A DNA stretch of 64,000 bases from an uncultured Trueperaceae bacterium (GCA_963815215.1 CAWFFU010000003.1:512001-576000), one strand, 5' to 3'. Shown: positions 24,383 through 36,216, counted from the stretch's first letter. Translations and numbers: made by a program. Notes: generated by a model not told the origin, from the sequence alone.

Positions 24383-25887
24383 TCATGAAACGTATCCTGG
24401 CCCTCCTCACGTTCCTCGCCCTGGTGGGGCTCGCGTCGGCCCAGTCACAGCTGACTCCCCTGCCGAACAACCCCAGGTTCGACCAGACGGTCGAGCTCAC
24501 CACCGGCGCCAACGGTGAGTCGTTACGAGCCATGGTGTCGGCGCTGGCGCGCTCGGTCGGCCTCACCGCCATCGTCAACGACGTTCCGGACAAGACCATC
24601 ACCTACGACATCGGCTCGCCGAAGCCGTTCCGGCAGGTCTGGGACATCGTGCTCACCCTGAACGACCTCGACTACGCCCTGCTCCCCAACGACGTCGTGG
24701 TCGTCGGTCCTACCGCGACGGTCGCGAAGTTGCAGCCGCAGCCGGCGGCGAGCACGCAGACGCAGACCCCGACGCCCGCGGCGGCGAACACGGTGCAGAA
24801 GTTCTACAAGGTCAACGCCGACCCCGCACAGGTCGTGCAGATCCTGCAGCGCTCCATCCCCGGTCTCGACGTGCAGGCTCTGCCGGGCGTGAAGAGCATC
24901 GTGGTGGTCGCGACGCAGCAGACCCAGGACAAGGTCCAGTCACTACTGCAGCAGTTCGATACGCTCTCGCAGGCCGAACCGCTGGAGCAGCGCACCTATC
25001 AACTCTCCAACGCCAACGCCACCGATCTCGCCAAGACGCTGCAGGACAGCGGTGTGGTGACGCAGCCGACGACCGGCGCCACGACCGGCACGGGCGCCAC
25101 CGCGCAGAACGCCACCAGCACGCAGGACTTCAAGGTGGTCGCCGACAAGCGCACCAACAGCCTGATCGTCACCGCCACGGCAGCCGTGCAGGCCCGGATC
25201 GCCGAGCTCATCCCCAAGCTGGACGTGCCGCAGAAGCAGGTGAACATCCAGGTGCGGATCCAGGAGGTCACCAAGTCGACCGCCTACGACCTCGGGCTGG
25301 ACATCACCAACGCCAGCTTCGGCAACCTGGCCGCATCGGTTCTCAGCACCGGGCTCAAGTTCGTGTTCGACATGAACACCGTCTCCCCCCTCAACATCAA
25401 CGCGGTGCTCAACGCGCTCGAACAGCAGGGCTTGTCGCGCACAGTGGACGACAGCAATATCACCGTCCTCGACAACGAGACGGGCACGATCCAGTCGGGC
25501 GGCACCATCTTCATCAGCATCCCCGGCGCCAACCAGAACATCGAACGCACGATCCCCTACGGCGTCCAGGTCAACGTCACGCCGCGCATCGCCAGCGACG
25601 GCCGCGTGACGCTGCTGATCAGCGCCAAGATCGATAGCGTGCTGTCCACCACCAACGACCCGAGCTTCTTGAACCTCTCCACGCGCGCGGTGACCTCGAC
25701 GGTCACGCTCGCACCGGGTCAGACCGCGCTGCTGGGCGGCCTGCTGCAGAACAGCCTCACCGTCGACAAGAAGCGCCTGCCGGTCATCGGCGCGATCCCC
25801 ATCATCGGCGACCTGCTGGGCAGCACCTCGACCCAGAACAAGAGCGGCGACCTCATCCTGGTGGTGAACGCGCAGACGATCGAGTAA
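24379..25887 (+). CDS. pilQ: Secretin PilQ
   Basis: Signal peptide, DKRTNSLIV, LDVPQKQV, GQTALLGGL, PVIGAIPIIGDL. Confidence 0.9.
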   Translation: MIMKRILALLTFLALVGLASAQSQLTPLPNNPRFDQTVELTTGANGESLRAMVSALARSVGLTAIVNDVPDKTITYDIGSPKPFRQVWDIVLTLNDLDYALLPNDVVVVGPTATVAKLQPQPAASTQTQTPTPAAANTVQKFYKVNADPAQVVQILQRSIPGLDVQALPGVKSIVVVATQQTQDKVQSLLQQFDTLSQAEPLEQRTYQLSNANATDLAKTLQDSGVVTQPTTGATTGTGATAQNATSTQDFKVVADKRTNSLIVTATAAVQARIAELIPKLDVPQKQVNIQVRIQEVTKSTAYDLGLDITNASFGNLAASVLSTGLKFVFDMNTVSPLNINAVLNALEQQGLSRTVDDSNITVLDNETGTIQSGGTIFISIPGANQNIERTIPYGVQVNVTPRIASDGRVTLLISAKIDSVLSTTNDPSFLNLSTRAVTSTVTLAPGQTALLGGLLQNSLTVDKKRLPVIGAIPIIGDLLGSTSTQNKSGDLILVVNAQTIE

Positions 25888-26021
25888 TCCCACAACGACC
25901 ACCGCAGATCCCGAACGGTGCCCGACCTCCCAGGCCGGGCACCGTTCGCGTGGTCGCCGACGCCGTTCGGGACGCGTTCACCACGCTCGGTGCGGCACCC
26001 GAGCCGTGATACATTACCGGA

Positions 26022-27179
<1,158 letters not shown>

Positions 27180-27189
27180 AGCGCGTGCC

Positions 27190-27753
27190 GTGGCCGCTCT
27201 CCGCTACTTCCCTCCCGATCGACCGGTCACCTGGGTCGCCATGGCCGGCTTCATGGGGACGGGCAAGAGCCGCATCGGCTGGGAGCTGTCCCGGCGTCTC
27301 AGCCTCACCTTCATCGACACCGATCGTGTCATCGAGCGGGTGAGCAACATGCGCATCGCCGACATCTTCGAGCTCTACGGCGAAGAGGTGTTCCGCGACT
27401 ACGAGGCCGAGGTGGTGCGCCGCTGCGTCCGCCTCGACGAGGTCGTAGTCTCCACCGGCGGCGGGACCATCCAGCGTCGGGAGAACCGCGGCCTGTTGAG
27501 GCAACGGGGGCCGGTGGTGGTGCTCACGGCCACCCCCGAGACCATCTACCGGCGCACGCGCCGCAACCGCCGTCCGCTGTTGGAGCTCGGAGATCCCGAG
27601 GAGCGCATCCGCGAGTTGATGCTGGCGCGCGCCGCGGCCTACCAGGACGTGGCCAGCTTCAGCGTATCCACCGAGGGGCGCCAGTCCGAGGACGTCGTGG
27701 ACGAGATCGTAGAGAGGTTGGAAGCATGGGCGAGCAGCCAACACCCCACTTGA
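27190..27753 (+). CDS. aroK: Shikimate kinase
   Basis: GFMGTGKS P-loop, FRDYE, STGGG. Confidence 0.95.
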   Translation: MAALRYFPPDRPVTWVAMAGFMGTGKSRIGWELSRRLSLTFIDTDRVIERVSNMRIADIFELYGEEVFRDYEAEVVRRCVRLDEVVVSTGGGTIQRRENRGLLRQRGPVVVLTATPETIYRRTRRNRRPLLELGDPEERIRELMLARAAAYQDVASFSVSTEGRQSEDVVDEIVERLEAWASSQHPT

Positions 27754-28808
27754 TCCGCGTCCGTGTGCGACCGGCCTATACCGTGACGGTCGGCGCAGGC
27801 GTGCTCGATTCGCTCGCGGTCACCGTGCGGGAGCGGCGGCTGGCGCTGGTGAGCGACAGCAACGTCGGTCCGCGCTACGGCTCCAGGGTGCACGACGCGT
27901 TGACCGCGGCCGGGGCTCAGGTGGCGCGCTTCGAGGTGCCGGCGGGCGAGGACAGCAAATCGGCCGAGCGCTGGCTCGAGCTCCAGCGCGGCTTCGCGCG
28001 CGAGCGCCTCGACCGGGCGTCGGCCGTGGTCGCGGTGGGGGGCGGCGTGGTGGGCGACCTCGCCGGCTTCGCGGCCGCCACCTACCTGCGGGGCCTGGCC
28101 TGGTACCAGGTACCCACGTCGCTGCTGGCCATGGTCGACGCCAGCGTCGGCGGGAAGACGGCCATCGACCTTCCCGAGGGCAAGAACCTCACGGGAGCGT
28201 TCTGGCAACCGCGTGCGGTCCTCGCCGACGTCCGCACGCTGAGCACGCTGCCCGCACCCGAGTTCCGGCAGGGCGCCGTGGAGCTCTTCAAGCACGGGCT
28301 GCTGGCCGATCCGGCGCTGCTCGATCCCTTCGATCACGGCTTCGCAGCCGACTGGCCGGAGCAGGCGCTGGCCGAGACGATCGCTCGGTCGGTCGCGGTC
28401 AAGGCCGAGATCGTAGCGCAGGACGAGCGCGAGAGCGGCGTGAGGGCCCACCTGAACCTGGGGCACACGCTTGCGCACGCCCTGGAGGCGGTCAGCGACC
28501 ACGCCCTCCCCCACGGTGACGCCGTCGCCTACGGGCTGCATTTCGCGGCGTTGTTGGCGCGCGCCCGCGGCCTGGCCGATGTCACCCCGCGCACCCGACG
28601 CCTGCTGGCCTGGGAACGTCCCGCTCCCCTGCCGGACGCGCCGTTCGACAGCCTGCGCCTGTTCATGGCGCGCGACAAGAAGAACCGCAGCGGCCGCCAG
28701 CGTTTCGTGCTCCTCGAGGACCTCGGACGACCGGTGGTGGTCGACGACGTCACCGAGCAGGAGCAGGAGCGCGCCTGGGACGAGCTGCTCGAGGAGGTGG
28801 GCCCATGA
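27726..28808 (+). CDS. aroB: 3-dehydroquinate synthase
   Basis: [33 protein letters not shown]. Confidence 0.97.
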   Translation: MGEQPTPHLIRVRVRPAYTVTVGAGVLDSLAVTVRERRLALVSDSNVGPRYGSRVHDALTAAGAQVARFEVPAGEDSKSAERWLELQRGFARERLDRASAVVAVGGGVVGDLAGFAAATYLRGLAWYQVPTSLLAMVDASVGGKTAIDLPEGKNLTGAFWQPRAVLADVRTLSTLPAPEFRQGAVELFKHGLLADPALLDPFDHGFAADWPEQALAETIARSVAVKAEIVAQDERESGVRAHLNLGHTLAHALEAVSDHALPHGDAVAYGLHFAALLARARGLADVTPRTRRLLAWERPAPLPDAPFDSLRLFMARDKKNRSGRQRFVLLEDLGRPVVVDDVTEQEQERAWDELLEEVGP

Positions 28809-29233
28809 TCCTGGTCTTGAACGGACCGAACCTGAACCTGCTGGGCCGTCGCGAACCCGAGGTCTACGGCTCCGCCACCCTGGCCGAGCTCGAGGCGTCG
28901 TGCGTGGAGGCGGGGCGGGAGCTCGGCGTCGAGGTGGTGTGCCGGCAGAGCAACCACGAGGGCCAGCTCATCGACTGGCTCCACGGCGCTGCGGACGAAG
29001 GCGCGATCGGCGTGGTGTTGAACCCCGGAGGCTACACCCATACCTCGGTGGCGCTACGCGACGCCATCGCGGGGATCACCGTGCCGGTGGTCGAGGTCCA
29101 CCTGTCGAACGTGCATGCGCGCGAGCCGTTCCGGCACCGCAGCCTGACCGCCGCCGCGTGCGCGGGCAGCGTGGTGGGTCTCGGTGAAGCCGGCTACGCC
29201 CTGGCCTTGCGGTACCTGGCACGCCGGCGCTGA
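28805..29233 (+). CDS. aroQ: Type II 3-dehydroquinate dehydratase
   Basis: [30 protein letters not shown]. Confidence 0.97.
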   Translation: MILVLNGPNLNLLGRREPEVYGSATLAELEASCVEAGRELGVEVVCRQSNHEGQLIDWLHGAADEGAIGVVLNPGGYTHTSVALRDAIAGITVPVVEVHLSNVHAREPFRHRSLTAAACAGSVVGLGEAGYALALRYLARRR

Positions 29234-29266
29234 CGCGGCGGACACCGTCCTCGGCCACCCGTACCC

Positions 29267-29800
29267 TCAGCCCCGCAGGAAGCTGTCGGGCTGTCCTTCC
29301 AGCGCCGGCAGATCGTTGAGCGACCGCAATCCGAACTCGAGCAGGAAACGCGCGGTCGTCGCGTAGAGAAGCGGTCTGCCGACGATCTCCTTGTGTCCGA
29401 TCGCCTTGACGAGCTCACGCTCTTGGAGCGTGTCGAGCGTCGACGAACACGAGGCCCCTCGGGCCGCCTCCAGCTCGCCGCGCGTCACCGGCTGATGGTA
29501 CGCCACCAGGGCCAGGGTCTCGAGTGCGGCATTCGTGAGGCTGGGAAGCGGCGAGGGCGCCAGGAGACCCTGCCAGATGACCCAACCAGGCGCGAGCGCG
29601 ACGACCAGGCGGTAGCCCCCGGCAACCTCGTCGACCACCAGGCCGAGGTCGGCGCCGACGAGCGTTGCGGCCGAAGGTCGTCCACGACCCGCGTGAGCAA
29701 CGCCTCCGAGCGAGACGCCCAGCAGGCGTTGAAGCTCCGTCGACCGACGGGCACGGTCCGCCGCCAGCAACGCCGCATTGAGGAGCGCTGTGCCTTCCAT
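29267..29800 (-). CDS. scpB: SMC-Scp subunit ScpB (N-terminal half appears locally frameshifted)
   Basis: ETLALVAYHQPVTRGELEAARG, GRPLLYATT, FGLRSLNDLP. Confidence 0.88.
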   Translation of the reverse strand: MEGTALLNAALLAADRARRSTELQRLLGVSLGGVAHAGRGRPSAATLVGADLGLVVDEVAGGYRLVVALAPGWVIWQGLLAPSPLPSLTNAALETLALVAYHQPVTRGELEAARGASCSSTLDTLQERELVKAIGHKEIVGRPLLYATTARFLLEFGLRSLNDLPALEGQPDSFLRG

Positions 29801-29903
29801 CGTGCCCATCTTCCCAATCCCTGCGTCATCGGTCAAGCTGTTCTGCCCTGCCCCCCCATTCGGTGGTGCCCGCTTCGCAACGGCTTCGCTAACATGACAG
29901 GTA

Positions 29904-30374
29904 ATGAAGCCACAACAAGGGTTCTCCTTGATCGAACTCATCATCGTCGTGGCCATCCTTGGAATCCTTGCGGGGATCGCCATCCTGGTCATACCCCGTG
30001 GTCGCATGGCCGTGAACCAGGCCGCCAATGGGTTCGCCCACCAGTTCCCGAGGGCGCGTATCGAGGCGCTCAGGAGCGATACCTTCGCGGGGGTCGCGTT
30101 CAGTACGGTGGGTGACGGCTCGTACTACGTCTGTGTCGATCAGGACGCGAACCAGCAGTGTGCACCCAGCGAAACGGTCCAGACCGTGGTGATGGGACAG
30201 GGATCGTATGCGAGCGTTCGCCTCACTGCTACCTCGACTGGTTTCACGCAGTTCATGTTCGACCCGCGCGGGATCCCGATGAGTTCCGGGGGAACTGTGA
30301 CGTTCTCTACTCCCAATGGGGACTACACCGTCAGCGTCGCGGTAACGGCGGCGGGGAAGGCCAGCGTGCAATGA
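29904..30374 (+). CDS. Type IV minor pilin, FimT/GspH-like
   Basis: Prepilin motif QQG-FSLIE + hydrophobic helix; FDPRG near C-terminus. Confidence 0.88.
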   Translation: MKPQQGFSLIELIIVVAILGILAGIAILVIPRGRMAVNQAANGFAHQFPRARIEALRSDTFAGVAFSTVGDGSYYVCVDQDANQQCAPSETVQTVVMGQGSYASVRLTATSTGFTQFMFDPRGIPMSSGGTVTFSTPNGDYTVSVAVTAAGKASVQ

Positions 30375-30955
30375 GACATCATCGCAAGGGGCTCACTGTG
30401 ATTGAGGTGCTCATCGCCCTCGCGGTGATCGCCGTCGCGTTCGCCGCCCTCGCCTACGTCCAGGTGACGAATCTTCATGCAACCGCGCGCTCCCGCCTCA
30501 CGACTGAAGCGAAGACGGTGGCCGCGAACGTGCTGCAAGCCAGGATCGATCAGATACTGCAGGTCGAGAAGTCGGGAGACAGCAGGTACAACGACGCGAG
30601 CACAGGTTATGAGAGCTACTACTTCGTCGACTACTACTGGAGCTGCTTGTCCTCTCAGACGATCCAGAACCCCTCCGGGACGCGCACCGCTCTACGGTCA
30701 GTAACATGTTCGGATACTGGTGCCGAAGAGGCGGTTCAGGACGGGATGGTCACGCCCAAATGGACGATCATTGGTGAGTCAGGTGTTGGCGGCGAGGGCG
30801 TCATCGATATCACGGTCACCGCGACGCACAGCGCAGGTCCGGCCGTGACGCTGTCCGACCGTCTGAGCTGCTACGACGTGTACCCATCGCCCACGATTGA
30901 CACGCCGGCACCCTGTCCAGTTCCTACGCAAACAGGCGGAGGCCGCACGCCATGA
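30371..30955 (+). CDS. Type IV minor pilin, PilV-like
   Basis: RKG-LTVIE prepilin motif; ATGA overlap; Cys pairs. Confidence 0.85.
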   Translation: MRHHRKGLTVIEVLIALAVIAVAFAALAYVQVTNLHATARSRLTTEAKTVAANVLQARIDQILQVEKSGDSRYNDASTGYESYYFVDYYWSCLSSQTIQNPSGTRTALRSVTCSDTGAEEAVQDGMVTPKWTIIGESGVGGEGVIDITVTATHSAGPAVTLSDRLSCYDVYPSPTIDTPAPCPVPTQTGGGRTP

Positions 30956-31677
30956 GGCGGTCGACGGCGGGACTCACGATCGTCGAGTTGCTGATCGCGG
31001 CCTCCCTCCTGGTCGTGATGCTGGGCATGGTCGGGGTCTACTTCGCGCGGACGGCGAGTCTCACCCGGGATACACAGGCGCGATCTCAGGTCCAGGACAC
31101 CGCGCGCAGCGTTATGCAGCTCGTCACGAACGACATTCTGTCAGCTGGAGCAAACCAGTACGTGCCCGCGGGTACCGCATCCGTGACACCCATCATCCTC
31201 ACTGGGGCGATTCCCACGGGCACCGACGGAGGCCTTCTCGACGCCGTGGACTTGCAGTACGTCAGCAGTCTCCGGCCGACGCTGGCGACTGCATGCCGAC
31301 AGGTCGAATACCAGGTAAGCGGGAGCACCCTGGAGCGAAGCGATGTGCCTTGCTCGGGTACCGCGAACCTGTCCACGCTTGCCGACCACGTCCTCGCTTT
31401 TGACCTGGTGTACGTATGTAGTGACACGAACTCGGCGGCAACACCTAGCGACTGCCCGAGCAACACCTACGTTCGTTCCGTTCGGGTCGGCCTAATGGTC
31501 CGGTCCGATCACACGGTCCAGGGATCGGGGCCCTCCCCTACGTATACGGCACCGACGCCCACCTACCCGACGGGAACGGGAGGTCAATCGGTGACCTGTC
31601 CCGCAACGTACGTGTGTGCAGTACTAGAGCAGACCGTTCAGACCCCGAGCCTCAAGCAGTATGCCCCCGGAGGGTAG
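30952..31677 (+). CDS. Type IV minor pilin, PilW/GspJ-like
   Basis: TAG-LTIVE prepilin motif. Confidence 0.85.
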   Translation: MRRSTAGLTIVELLIAASLLVVMLGMVGVYFARTASLTRDTQARSQVQDTARSVMQLVTNDILSAGANQYVPAGTASVTPIILTGAIPTGTDGGLLDAVDLQYVSSLRPTLATACRQVEYQVSGSTLERSDVPCSGTANLSTLADHVLAFDLVYVCSDTNSAATPSDCPSNTYVRSVRVGLMVRSDHTVQGSGPSPTYTAPTPTYPTGTGGQSVTCPATYVCAVLEQTVQTPSLKQYAPGG

Positions 31678-31684
31678 ACCCATC

Positions 31685-33412
31685 ATGCGTCGAAACCACG
31701 AAGGAATCGCGCTCGTAACCGCGTTGATCATCCTCGCAGTCATCACCCTCCTGGTACTGGGGACTGTCTTCACCACCCAGATTGAGTCGTGGACCACCCG
31801 CAATGACACGACCTCGACCGAGGCGTACTACGTGGCGCAGGCCGGTATCGAGAAGTACAAGACGGTCGCGTTCCAGACATTCCGGTTCTACCTCGACCAC
31901 CTTCAGCAATACGGCGATAACCTGGGCACGTCGGCCATCTGCGGAAATCTCCTCGCGAGCGGGCTCGATCTCGATCGCGACTTCAGCTTCGATACCAACA
32001 AAGGGGACGTCTTGCCAGGTGGCACCGTCACCGGGAACTATGGCGGTGGCACGTACACCATCACGTTCACGCCCAAGGCATCGGACGTCGTCCTCACCTC
32101 CGTGGGCACCATCCATGGAGCCAAAGCCACGGTGCAGGTGGTCTTCCATCCTCAGAACGCAGGGCTCTTCAGCAATGCCCTTTTCGCGGGAGGTGGCGTG
32201 TCGAGCAAGTTCATCAACGGCGGCGCGTCGGTGTGGGGGTCGGTCTATGTCGAGGGGCCAACACCTACTGGTTCATCCACGCCCCCCACAGTTATCAGCA
32301 CGAACGGCAATTTCGGCATGCACAACTACTACGACACCAGTGACCTCCTCAACCTGATGGGCAACCGATTCACGACCAGCCAGCTTCAGGCCATGCTCGG
32401 CGCCACCGCGACCGACCAGCAGGACCTCTGCGCTCGACTGCGCATCAACTACGGGCAGATCAGCGCAGGTGGGAGCACGGTGATCGGCGATAGCAGTGCC
32501 CCCACCGGCTACAAGTCATCTCTCAGCGGTCTCAACATCTCTCGCGGCAGTCAGGACATCAGTGTGAGCGGCTCGACGAGCATCTTCGCTGACAACTACC
32601 CTAATGGCAACGTCGGCTACGACCTCAGCAAGCCCATCGAGCTACCTACCCTGGACGGAACGAAGTGCAAGTCGGACCCGACCCTCACGTGGCGTGAGTG
32701 CATGACCTCCGACCCGCAGGGTGCGGTGTTCCCCCAAGATGCGAGCAATAATTCGCAGTGTGACCTCGGAGCGATCAGCTCCGGGACGACGTTGACGTTC
32801 GGGACGACGCCGATCGACTGTACATGGACGCCTGCTGGAGGAACGCCTCACGGATTCAAGTACCAAGAGGATGCGAATGGTAACTGGGATCTGAGCGTGT
32901 ACGGCATCGTCAATTTCGAGGGCTACGATCTTCACTTCGCGAGGAACGTGGCCACCCGCTTCAGCAAGAAGGCGACCATCATGGCCAGCAAGGACGGCAG
33001 CGGTGACGGAGGCAACATCACCATTGACGGTGACGTCCTGCCGTCGACTTCGCAGGTGTGTGACTCCAACAACACGAACTGTCACACACCGAGCTTCCCG
33101 AAGGACGAGGTCCTCGGCATGATTGCCGAGAATGACCTCACGTTCACAGGTGCGAACCAGAACCAGCTCTCGACCGGGACCCAGACCTCCGTCGGCCTGT
33201 ACTACGCAGGCAACGTGGCTTCCATCGAGAAGGGCGGCGTCGTGATGGGAACCGTGATCGGGAACGCCATCAGCACCAGCAGCGGGAATGCTGGGCAGAC
33301 CTCCAAGATCTTCCAGGTTCCGGGACTCGAGTACAACCTCTCCCCAGGTTTCACCGAAATCCCCAACGATCTGGTTGCCACCTTCCACATCCTCTCCTAC
33401 GAACGACGCTAG
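31685..33412 (+). CDS. Large PilX/ComZ-like pilus tip protein
   Basis: HEG-IALVTAL (no E5), AYYVAQAGIE, large G/S/T/N-rich body; last gene of a pilin cassette like Thermus pilA1-3/comZ. Confidence 0.75.
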   Translation: MRRNHEGIALVTALIILAVITLLVLGTVFTTQIESWTTRNDTTSTEAYYVAQAGIEKYKTVAFQTFRFYLDHLQQYGDNLGTSAICGNLLASGLDLDRDFSFDTNKGDVLPGGTVTGNYGGGTYTITFTPKASDVVLTSVGTIHGAKATVQVVFHPQNAGLFSNALFAGGGVSSKFINGGASVWGSVYVEGPTPTGSSTPPTVISTNGNFGMHNYYDTSDLLNLMGNRFTTSQLQAMLGATATDQQDLCARLRINYGQISAGGSTVIGDSSAPTGYKSSLSGLNISRGSQDISVSGSTSIFADNYPNGNVGYDLSKPIELPTLDGTKCKSDPTLTWRECMTSDPQGAVFPQDASNNSQCDLGAISSGTTLTFGTTPIDCTWTPAGGTPHGFKYQEDANGNWDLSVYGIVNFEGYDLHFARNVATRFSKKATIMASKDGSGDGGNITIDGDVLPSTSQVCDSNNTNCHTPSFPKDEVLGMIAENDLTFTGANQNQLSTGTQTSVGLYYAGNVASIEKGGVVMGTVIGNAISTSSGNAGQTSKIFQVPGLEYNLSPGFTEIPNDLVATFHILSYERR

Positions 33413-33568
33413 CCGGGACGCTCCGCCGACGCGACACGCTCTTGGCAGGGCCCCGTGAGGTCGCTCGCTCCGGATCGCAGCCTCGTCAAGGGACGGGGCG
33501 CTGGGCCACAGTGATCATCGGCGCCGAGGTCCAGACTCGCCGAATCCTAGGGGCCGAACACGAATCCG

Positions 33569-33979
33569 TCAATGCCGCGAACGAATCACGACCGGGCTTC
33601 CAGATGAAGGTGTCGCAATGGAGATCAATGCTGAGGCCTGAGCGCGTCCGGCAATTGCCTTCGCTCTCAGCCTCACGGTGCCCGTGGTATCCCGATTCAC
33701 CGCCACGACTGCCGTGATCCCGATGCCCGGCCAAGGTCCATCCGTTGCCGGCAAGCGGTTCCCTCCACCGCTCATCGCTCGACACGCGTCATAGGCTCCG
33801 AGTTGAAGCCCGCCCTCGGCCTCCCCCTCGGCCAGCGCCGCCTCCTGCGCGTGGCGTGCCGCGAGAGCGTCCAGCGTAACGGTGAACGTCAGCGCGAGCG
33901 CGACAGCGCCGATCAGCAATGCCACGAACAGCACCAGGATCAGTGCGGCACCGGCATCACGGCGCCCGAGCCCGTTCAC
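33569..33979 (-). CDS. Small PilX-like minor pilin
   Basis: DAG-AALILVL, AEGEAEGGL motif; last gene of the second pilin operon. Confidence 0.7.
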   Translation of the reverse strand: MNGLGRRDAGAALILVLFVALLIGAVALALTFTVTLDALAARHAQEAALAEGEAEGGLQLGAYDACRAMSGGGNRLPATDGPWPGIGITAVVAVNRDTTGTVRLRAKAIAGRAQASALISIATPSSGSPVVIRSRH

Positions 33980-34641
33980 GGTCCCTCCTCAACCACCGTG
34001 GTCCGCGGGCGACTCGGTAGCGGCACGGCCAGGCGCCGCGCAGGCGCCTCAGCCGCCCCGAGCGCGAGCAGCAGCAGCCAGGGCCGCAGCTCCCCCGCCG
34101 CCAGCTCGCTCCGACCGTGCAAGCCGGACCCGTCGACCCATCCCATGACTTGGATCCGGTCGATGCCCTGTACCCACGGTTGACGGCTCCCGCTCGCGGT
34201 GGTGCGGTAGAGCTGGGCCAGGCCGCGGCCGTCGATGGCGGCGTCGAACCGTAGATCGCGGGTCACGGGCCCGCCCTGGACCCGATCGTCCAGGTACCGC
34301 AGCCCCAGGGTATCGCCGCGCGGTCCCGAGCCGAGCGTCACCTCGAGGCCGGGCCGGACGGCGTCCGGGCCGTTGGCGAGCGGTGACGGATAGGGCACGT
34401 AGCCGGCGCGGCGCAACTCGCCGGTCAACAGGTCGGCGGCCAGGTCCAGAGCGCGCGCACGATCGGACGCTCTCGCTGTCGACGCCTCCGAGGCACGCGA
34501 GCCCGCCAGCAGGCGTACCGCGGCGAGACCGACGAGCGCCGTGAGGCTCACGGCCAGCAGCACCTCCAGCACGCTGAACCCGGTGCGCGCGCGGCGGTGA
34601 CGGGTGCCGCGCTGGCCCCCGATCGCACGCCTCCGGCTCAC
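33976..34641 (-). CDS. Minor pilin, PilW-like
   Basis: RTG-FSVLE; ELRRAGY motif; GTGA overlap. Confidence 0.8.
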   Translation of the reverse strand: MSRRRAIGGQRGTRHRRARTGFSVLEVLLAVSLTALVGLAAVRLLAGSRASEASTARASDRARALDLAADLLTGELRRAGYVPYPSPLANGPDAVRPGLEVTLGSGPRGDTLGLRYLDDRVQGGPVTRDLRFDAAIDGRGLAQLYRTTASGSRQPWVQGIDRIQVMGWVDGSGLHGRSELAAGELRPWLLLLALGAAEAPARRLAVPLPSRPRTTVVEEGP

Positions 34642-35033
34642 GGCGTGACCTCCACTGGCGCCCGCTGCAGAGGCCACCACACGGCCGTCGCGCCGCTCCA
34701 CGGAGGTCCCCCGGGCGGCGTGAGGGTCACGCGGATGCGCTCCATCTCGCAGGGTGCGGAGGCCTCGAGGCAGCTGCGCTCCACGGTGCACGACCAGCCC
34801 GGAGGTGCGGGCCGCGACCGACAGCCGTGGGAACGCACGGCGCGCTGTACGCGCAGCTCGTCGCTCATCCAGGCGGCGAGTTGCCGGCGGATCCGGGTGG
34901 AGTGCTCCACGTGCGCCAGGTGGCCTTCCAGCCGTACCCACGCCAGCAGTGCCAGCGCAACGATGGCCAGGGCCACCACCACCTCGAGCAGCATGAGGCC
35001 GCCGACCCTCCGGCGCCAGCGCCCCGCCCTCAC
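34638..35033 (-). CDS. Minor pilin, PilV/GspI-like
   Basis: VGG-LMLLE prepilin-like motif; GTGA overlap. Confidence 0.75.
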   Translation of the reverse strand: MRAGRWRRRVGGLMLLEVVVALAIVALALLAWVRLEGHLAHVEHSTRIRRQLAAWMSDELRVQRAVRSHGCRSRPAPPGWSCTVERSCLEASAPCEMERIRVTLTPPGGPPWSGATAVWWPLQRAPVEVTP

Positions 35034-35539
35034 CGCCTCACCTCCACCCGTACGCGACCGAGGCTCGACACTACGACGCTCGCCCGCCGGGCCCCGTCGA
35101 CCAGGACCATCCGACCGCTGATCACGCCCCCGCCGGCGCAGGAGCGCGCCCCGCCGCCGGGCAACCACACGATGCCGTCGCGCAACGCCTGCGCCACGCG
35201 CGCACGGCCGTAGCGAGCCAGCTCGAAGCGCTTCAACTCGGGCCCGGTGCAGGCCGTGGCGGCGTCCGGCGCGGAGCGGGCCGACAGCGCGGGCGACGCG
35301 CCCGGCACCACCGCGCCCGGCACCACCGCGACCGCCTCACCGGTCCACAACGCCTCCAGCCGCGCCCAGAGCAGGAACGTCCGCGCACCCTGCGCCCCCC
35401 GCACCGCGCCCCCGGGCCGCAGCAACACCGTCGCGCCCCCGGCCAGCAGGCCGGCGAGCGCGAGCGCGACGACGACCTCGAGGAGCGTGAACCCCGTCCG
35501 CCCTGAGCGGGTGTGGGGGAGTCCGGGAGCACCGCGCAT
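35030..35539 (-). CDS. Minor pilin, FimT/GspH-like
   Basis: RTG-FTLLE; ARLEAL; VVVSSLGRVR C-terminus. Confidence 0.82.
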   Translation of the reverse strand: MRGAPGLPHTRSGRTGFTLLEVVVALALAGLLAGGATVLLRPGGAVRGAQGARTFLLWARLEALWTGEAVAVVPGAVVPGASPALSARSAPDAATACTGPELKRFELARYGRARVAQALRDGIVWLPGGGARSCAGGGVISGRMVLVDGARRASVVVSSLGRVRVEVRR

Positions 35540-35574
35540 GCCGCCACGCTAGCGCCGATGTCGATCCGAGACCC

Positions 35575-35607
35575 ACCCCCTCGGGATACGTGCCGGACTC
35601 CCTTGGG
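35575..35607. promoter_or_regulatory. Paired boxes (ACCCCCTCGGG / ACTCCCTTGGG), putative response-regulator sites
   Basis: Imperfect direct repeats 22 bp apart, about -36 to -68 from the leaderless start at 35539 (TAGCGT -10 at 35546-35551). Confidence 0.45.
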
Positions 35608-35615
35608 CTGCCGTC

Positions 35616-36197
35616 CTACACCAGGCCGAGCTCGCTCGCCCGCCGGGCCGCGCTCACCCGGTCGCGCACGTCCAGCTTCCGGAACACGCCCAGCAGGTAG
35701 TCCTTCACCGTCTCCGGACTCAGTCCCAGCTCCTTGGCGATCGCCTTGTTGGAGAGCCCCTGCGCCATCAGCCGGAGAACCTGCTCCTCCCGCGGCGTCA
35801 GCTCCGGCAGGTCGACCCTCGGCATCCAGTCGCGCTCTGGGTCGGCCACGATCGCGCGCAACAGGCGAGCGAGCTCGCGTGGCTCGGTCTCCTTGGAGAG
35901 GAAGGCGGTCGCGCCGGCCTGCTGCGCGGCGCGCACCATGGCGGGCTCCTCGAAGGTCGTGAGCATCACCACGATCGGGGCGTGTTCACCACCGACCGCC
36001 TGGCGGCAGGCCTCGATCCCGTCCATGCCGGGCATCTTGACGTCCATGAGCACCACGTCGACGCCCCCCTGGGCACAACGCTCCACCGCCTGGCGGCCGT
36101 TCTCCACCTCACCCGCCACCTCGAAGCCCTCCGCACCCAGCGCCAGCGACAGGCCCATACGGAACAGCGGATGATCGTCGGCGATCAGTACGCGCAC
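35616..36197 (-). CDS. NarL/LuxR-family response regulator
   Basis: LIADDH, LMDVKMP, FLSK receiver; LTPREEQVL...SNKAIA HTH. Confidence 0.95.
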   Translation of the reverse strand: MRVLIADDHPLFRMGLSLALGAEGFEVAGEVENGRQAVERCAQGGVDVVLMDVKMPGMDGIEACRQAVGGEHAPIVVMLTTFEEPAMVRAAQQAGATAFLSKETEPRELARLLRAIVADPERDWMPRVDLPELTPREEQVLRLMAQGLSNKAIAKELGLSPETVKDYLLGVFRKLDVRDRVSAARRASELGLV

Positions 36198-36216
36198 ACG
36201 AACCCTCCCATCGGCC

